DNA of 64,000 nucleotides from Eledone cirrhosa (Eukaryota): NCBI GenBank assembly GCA_964016885.1, contig OZ024743.1, positions 337,342,001 to 337,406,000 of the forward strand, read 5' to 3'. Shown piece by piece: positions 57,768 to 64,000 of this stretch (position 1 is its first letter; each line of letters starts with the position of its first letter). The notes under the pieces were generated by a model. It saw only the letters and a program-made list of their open reading frames with translations, ran no database searches and was not told where the DNA came from. The position numbers and the translations under genes were made by a program.

Positions 57768-58439
57768 TGTATGCGAGGGTGACTTTGGACATCCTGCAGG
57801 ACTAAAAACAAAACCTGTCAAAGGGCAACGGAGCTCTTAAGAGTCAATGGCCATCCAAAATCACCGAGACAGATGACCTCTTAGCCTTTGTCAAGGCAGA
57901 ATTCTAGGAGAAGGAAAACTCTGATATAACACCTACAACCCTGATGGTATCCAATGATGTTGACTTGTTCTTCTTTTTGGTAAATATCATCTTGGTCAAG
58001 AGAGTGGGACTGGCTTTGTGCAGTGCCTTTGCTCACTATAAAAGCTTCACGGCACAGGCATTGCTTTATATCTGGAGATCTCTCTGCACTTGTCGTCACA
58101 TGGTACCATGGGCCCAGCACTATGTGTCAATAATTGTCACAAGTGTAGTGTTTGTACCAGAGTTTTCAAGTCGCTTGCTGGACTAAAAAGTCACACTCGT
58201 TCAGCGCATCGGTAGGGGTTCTCCTACATGGATATAAAGTATTGGCCGTACTCGAAAACGAGTTGGCAGCCACCATGTATGTATGTATGTATGTATGTAT
58301 GTATGTATGTATGTATGTATGTATATACCACTGTGTGTGTCTTGTGTCTCCTTCTTCCTTGTTGTTTTTACTTTGCTCCACCGTTCTTTTGTGCCGTCAT
58401 GACATATATATATGTGTGTATATATACATATATATATAT

Positions 58440-58512
<73 letters not shown>

Positions 58513-58579
58513 TGTGTGTGTTTAAATACATATATACATATATGTATTAATATAGATATTGATATATGTATTTTTTCAG

Positions 58580-58711
58580 ATTACGATATAGCCATAGTAA
58601 GACTGGCAAGTTCTGTTTCCTATACAAAGTGTCTACATCCTGTTTCTTTACCCCAAAAAGATGATGTTTTCACAGGACAATGTTGGGCTTTAGGTTGGGG
58701 CAGTAATGGAT
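58580..58711 (+). CDS. Peptidase S1 serine protease, exon with catalytic Asp
   Basis: ttttttcag| acceptor, |gtaagt donor, phase 1 to 1. Encodes YDIAIVRLASSVSYTKCLHPVSLPQKDDVFTGQCWALGWGSNG. Confidence 0.93.
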
Positions 58712-58950
58712 GTAAGTATATTGACCCTTTAATTAACATTTTAAACTAAATTATTCAGGGGATAAAGTTCAGTGTCCACGCCATTTGAAGGCCTTTCTAG
58801 GCTGGTGATATCGAAGGAGCTGCTTACCAACTTAATATTTGCAGTCTGAGTAATAACTGCAAAACAGACCCCCCCCCCCAAAAAAAAAACGTATGAATGG
58901 AGAAAACTGGGCTGCTGTGCCTGTGTCCAACCCGTATACTTGTATCAAAC

Positions 58951-59132
58951 CGGTGGTTTGGCAGTATCGGTAGAGCGTCAGACACCATGCTTTGCAGCAT
59001 AGTTATGGCCCTTTGCGTTCTGAGTTCAAATCCGCTGAGGGTAATTTTGCTTTCATCCTTACGAGGTCGATAAAATAAAGTACCAGTGATGCACTGGGGT
59101 AATCGCCGACCTTGTGCCAAAAGTAGAAACTC
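58951..59132 (+). mobile_element. tRNA-derived SINE (same family)
   Basis: A-box-like TGGCAGTATCGGTAG, B-box-like GAGTTCAAATCC, family core. Confidence 0.85.
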
Positions 59133-59394
59133 TATTTGCATCAAACCGAACTGTATTTAATACACTCAAGGATCTGGTAGTAATGTAAGATAGGGTAACG
59201 TATTAGGTCATGTGTATCGTTTTGTTATAATACTGCTAGAAATAAGAAAAATATGACAAAATATTCTGACACCCACCTACCTCACTTTGAAATTACTTTA
59301 ATCATTAGAATCTACACATTTTTGTCAACTAGAAATAAGTTTATTTATTCCAAAGTATAGTATTCTGGAGCTTCTGAAGCAATGAATTCCTCGA

Positions 59395-59990
59395 AGATAT
59401 TTTAAACTACTGGTTTGTTGTAGAGGACCTTTTATCACAGCGTATCAGTATCATGAAAATTTGTTAGTCGGTCGAAGCGAGGGCTGAAGAGCGAGCTGGG
59501 TGAGGCAAGGTTCCGTAACCTCACCCGTTCAATTAATGCAAAGTCATTTGCGAGATTTTGTGGTGCATTGTCATGGACAAGAATTGGTCATTTTCGATTG
59601 ACCAAAGCTAAATGTAAACTTTGTGGTTCTTGGCCCATTTTGTTCGTTTCTGGGCAGTACTTCTCTGCTGTGATGGTTTCGCCAACACCCAAGAAATAGT
59701 GGCTTATCCCAGCTGCTAACAATCAAACAGTGATCATAACCTTCTTTTGATGTAGCTTTCGTTTGAGAAACTTTTTTCGGACTTCATCCCGTTTTAGCCA
59801 CTGTATGAAAGACCGACGATTGTTGTATATAATCTAGTTTTCATTACATTTAATACATAGTTAGCGTTATGCAAAAGAAGCACAGAGAAGACTTCGTAAT
59901 GACATTATACAACAAAAATATCGTTCGTCTACGTTTTGCACATATTTGTTGAGATTTCTTTGAATTTCCAATGAGGTGCAAAAGTAAAAA
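59395..59990 (-). mobile_element. Mariner-type transposase remnant
   Basis: Minus-strand fragments HQKKVMITV and PILVHDNAP match mariner transposase motifs; interrupted by stops. Confidence 0.7.
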
Positions 59991-60295
59991 TAAAAACGAA
60001 AAGAAAGGAGCTGATTGGTCATTCCATTACGGTTTCTATCTGCAACTCCTGCAGCAGGAGGGATTTGAACTCAGAAGGCACAGTGCCGGAACAGATACTG
60101 CAAACTATCCCGTTTGACTCTTTAACAATTCCACGAATCACTGTCTCTGGACTGCTACTTTGTTTATCGACCTTGAAAAGATGGAAGGCAAAGTTGAATT
60201 CGGTGAGATTTGAACTCAGAACGCAGTGAACTTTACTCTGAATTAGAAAAAAAAGAACTTTAATGATTCCATATTTTATTTCAAATAATTTATAG

Positions 60296-60438
60296 ATGAT
60301 CAAAGACCGTCTTCCAATCTTCAAATCGTTCAATTACCAATAGTTAGCAATAGACGCTGTCCATGGCCTGGTTTGATCAAAGAACAAATTTGTGCCGGAG
60401 TGTTTGAACCTTGGGGACACTTCAAAGGAATCTGTTCA
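60296..60438 (+). CDS. Peptidase S1 serine protease, exon ending just before GDSGGP
   Basis: tttatag| acceptor, |gtaagt donor, phase 1 to 0. Encodes DQRPSSNLQIVQLPIVSNRRCPWPGLIKEQICAGVFEPWGHFKGICS. The catalytic-Ser exon was not found in the window. Confidence 0.92.
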
Positions 60439-60519
60439 GTAAGTTTTATTCTTTGTATGTATGTATGTATGTATGTATGTATGTATGTATGTATGTATGT
60501 ATGTATGTATGTATGTTAT

Positions 60520-63300
60520 CTCTTTCTCTTAATTTCGAGTATATTTTTTTGACCGGCCACCTTCCTGGTGGCAAGGTTGTAAAAGAAAAGAAATTGTCAT
60601 CCCTTGAATCGCAAGAATGTTTTGCAAATTTTGAAGGTGCCAGCTATCGCAGCCATTTGTAGACTATGAATTAGGGAGCTGCGCTTTTTGTCCGCAAATC
60701 CAAGTTCAGTCATACTTTGGTCCAAGCGGGTTGGTATATAACCCGTAGCTCCAATAATGATGGGTATGAAGCTAAAGGTGTATCTTGGATACAGGATTTG
60801 TAAACTCCTCATCAATGGTCCGTAGATGTCCTCCTTCTCCTGTATTTTTCTGACAACGTTTACATCAAGTGGGCTGCTGATCTCCACAACAGAACACGTT
60901 TTCAATGTGTGGTCCCAAACAACAATATCAGGCCGGTTCTGATTTAATTTGGTGGCAGTTTTTATTTTCAGGTTCCACTAGTATTCCTTAGTGCCATCTG
61001 TCTCAATATATTCTTCCTCGTTTGTTGTTAATTTTGTTTTCCGAAGTGCGTTCCAGATGGTTCTAGCTATCCCATCGTGTCTCATGGGGAGGTAGTAGCG
61101 AGATGACATTCTTTCGCAGCTGGCAACAATGTAGCTTACATCCTCGATCTTTGTTTTACATAGCCTACATTTATTGTCAGCTGCTGGCCCTCCTCTTTTG
61201 TGCAGCAGATATTTGGTAGGGAGTTCTTGTTCCTGTATTGCATAGAGATATCCCTGAAGGTGTGATGTCATAAACTTGTTGGAACTCCATGCCAGGCTTT
61301 TTGAGTGGTTTATCCCCTCTATGGTCTGTGTTTTACGCCTCAAGTATCCATGCACAACTTTTTCTGTAAATTGGTCAATTTTTTTTATCTTGTTTGAACA
61401 TTGAATAGGATCTTCCGATTTCTCTGGGTGAGAGATTTATATCAGGCTTTATTCCATATCTCTCCTCCAGATCAGTCGCTGTTCTAATGATATTTTTTTT
61501 TTCATGCTCATAAACCTGGGCAAGATGGTTGCCAACCTTTTTCCTCTGTTGAAGGTGTTGCTTCAGTGTTACTATCCGGGTCTCATATGTTGTTAATATT
61601 GATTTTAGACCCCGGCCACCTTCCTTGCGTGAGAAGTATAGCCTATCCACATCACCATTGATGTTAAAGTTCCCAGTAACACTGAGAAGTTTTCGAGTTC
61701 TAACATCCATCTCACTTAGTTCTTGCAATGACCAGTTCAGCAGGCCAAATGTTGGCGTTAGAATTGGCACAGCATAAGTATTGTGGGCAATGTATTTGTT
61801 GTACGCTGACAGTTCTGATGACCATATTTTCTTTACTCTTCTGAGGTATTCAGTTCTGGTTCTCTCCTTATTTATGGGTCCATCATATCTGACATTCTCA
61901 TCCTGTCCAAGATATCTGTAGTTGTCACCTGACTGTAGAGGTTGTATTGTCAGGCCGTTCATCTCTAGATTTCTAGAGGAGGGCACAGCTCTTCCACGTT
62001 TTACTGCCAAATATGCACACTTGGACTCACCAAATTTAATTTTGATGTCGGTTGAAAATTGTGTAATGAGGTCCAATTGTTTCTTGATGTCATTGATATT
62101 TGGCCCATATAACTTCAGGTCGTCAACAAAGAAAACATGGGAGATACTTCTGGGCCCACTTCTTTGTCTACCTTGTTTCCCGAGTAGGTAAGATAGTGGA
62201 TTCAGTGAGAGAACGAAGAGTAGCACTGACAAGCTATCACCCTGAAAGATGCCCTTCTGGTAATGTATCTTATCAGTCTTAACTTGCTCCTTCTCACCTC
62301 TAAGGATCAAATTGGTGTACCAGTTCTTGGTCAGGCGTTCAACAGCAGCTACCAATGGTTGTGGGACTTTAGCTAACTGTAAAGCCTTAATAATCCACCC
62401 ATGAGGTACACTATCAAATGCTTTTTGATAGTTCAGCCACACCACAGTCATGTTTCTGCGATTCTTTGTTGTTTTTTCCTGAATCATTTTGTTAGTTAGT
62501 AGGTGATCTATGCAACCCCACACCTCCCTCTTTCCACTAGCTTGCTCAGGTGTTATGATGTTGTTGGTAGCACAGTGATCCTGTAAGAACAGGTTAAGGC
62601 ACCCAGTATATAATTTATACATGATGTTTTCGCAGGCTATTGGGTGGTAATTTTTAGCAAGGGTGGTTTGGCTATTTTGGGGAATGAGGAGAGTAGTGGC
62701 AGTTGATAACCATCTGGGCAGTTCTTATGTGCCTTTAATGGTTTCTGTAAACAGCCGTATGAGATCTTGCCGATAGAAAGTGAAATTCTTCAACCAGTAT
62801 CCTGTAATGAGGTCTGGGCCTGGCGATTTCCTATTCGACATTTTCTGTAAAGCTGTTTCCAGTATTGACCCATCTATGCCATATTGTTTTGTCTGGACAT
62901 GTTGGCAGTAGTCCTCCGTCATCCGTTTCCCATACAGAACTCCAGTAGCTCTCAACCTGTTCTTTTGAAGGGGTGTCATTTACAGGGATTGAGCTTTTGC
63001 CACCGAAGCTGCGATAAACTGATTTAGGATCTCTGGCAAACAATCTATTTAGTACTTGTCGTTTATGTGCTGTTGACTTATATTTTAGTCTTTCTGTTGT
63101 AGCTGTGAGTTGTTGTTTCAACTGGTGTAATTTGGAGTTCAAAGTTTTAAATTTTGTATCTCCAAATCGTCTCTCTAACCTTTTTTTAGGTCTTCCTGGT
63201 GTCGTGTGAAGTTGCTCTCTATGTTGCATTTCATAACGACTGCGATGTGTGAGATACTTCGTCTCAGGGATAAAATTTTGCTTTTTAAATTTCGCATCCA
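60520..63300 (-). mobile_element. R4/Dong-like non-LTR retrotransposon, 5'-truncated, few lesions
   Basis: RT motifs WLNYQKAFDSVPH, GIFQGDSLS and FVDDLKLY; CRLC..SYIVASC zinc knuckle; NRPDIVVWD..VEISSP endonuclease motif; (GTAT)n tracts at 60455-60515 and 63306-63408. Confidence 0.9.
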
Positions 63301-63303
63301 CGC

Positions 63304-63334
<31 letters not shown>

Positions 63335-63639
63335 TGTATGTATGTATGTATGTATGTATGTATGTATGTATGTATGTATGTATGTATGTATGTATGAATG
63401 TATGTATGTTCTTCTGGTTTTATAATTTCACAAAGTTTTACCAATAGAGAGAGAGTCGGTTTCTAACATAGACACAAGACTCTCTCATTGGAATTTACAC
63501 AACATCAACTAGGTAGATATGTATGTATGTCTGCATGCATGCACGTGTAGATATGGATGTTATTGTATGTGTGGATGTGTATGTTTTGAGTTGTATGTGT
63601 GCATGTGTATATGCTTTGTATCTGTACATGTGTATATGC

Positions 63640-64000
63640 AGTTATGAGATGCAACATTTTTGGAATGTTTTACATATTTTTACTGTTCCATTAATGGATT
63701 GTACTTGTAATTTCCTAACTAGTTGTGTTCTTTCTGTTCCTGTGAAGCCTAGCTTCTCAAGATTTGTATTGAGGCAGTTACTAACATATCCCAGTGCCCC
63801 AATAATCACAGGCATAAATCTGAAGGTGTAATCAGGGTGGAGTATCTGCAGATTTCTCATCAGTTCTGCATAAATATTCTCCTTTTCACTAATCCTTGAT
63901 ATTATATTGGCATCTGCTGGGCAGCTAATTTCCACTACTGTGCATGTTTTCTTCTCCCTGTCCCATATCATAATATCTGGTCTGTTATGCCTGCATTTTA
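63640..64000 (-). mobile_element. R4-like retroelement 3' end (continues beyond the window)
   Basis: IWDREKKTCTVVEISCPAD...GTVKICKTFQK is homologous to 60597-60905 and 57297-57581. Confidence 0.85.

Noticed and set aside
58951-59040. tRNA gene
   Set aside because: A/B-box-like motifs are present, but they form the head of a multi-copy SINE and no cloverleaf is evident.

Overview
Eukaryotic, repeat-rich genomic window. The SINE consensus and microsatellite landscape resemble Octopus/cephalopod DNA (recognition, not a database result). (1) Positions 1-36521 are one A/C-rich tandem-repeat tract. It reads on the + strand as a giant mucin-like Pro/Thr (PTS) domain that starts upstream of the window: 15/18-nt [11 protein letters not shown] units to ~20770, then 57-nt [19 protein letters not shown] units, organised in kb-scale higher-order repeats. 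Frame 1 is open from base 1 to TAA at 23197-23199. The stop sits inside a ~65-nt cassette with two 1-nt deletions, and the same cassette recurs five times. A second frame (Asn/Thr/Ser-rich) is also open for ~23.9 kb. (2) Four phase-compatible GT-AG exons of a peptidase S1 (chymotrypsin-fold) serine protease lie at 52997-60438 (+). They contain IVNG, TAAHC and DIA; the GDSGGP exon lies beyond the window. The ORF track essentially misses this gene. (3) The rest is transposon debris: a Tx1/L1-like LINE, R4/Dong-like restriction-like-endonuclease retroelements, a Penelope-like GIY-YIG fragment, RTE and mariner remnants, three MITEs and many tRNA-derived SINEs. There is also a cluster of minimal hammerhead ribozymes and of palindromes whose arms carry hammerhead 3' halves.
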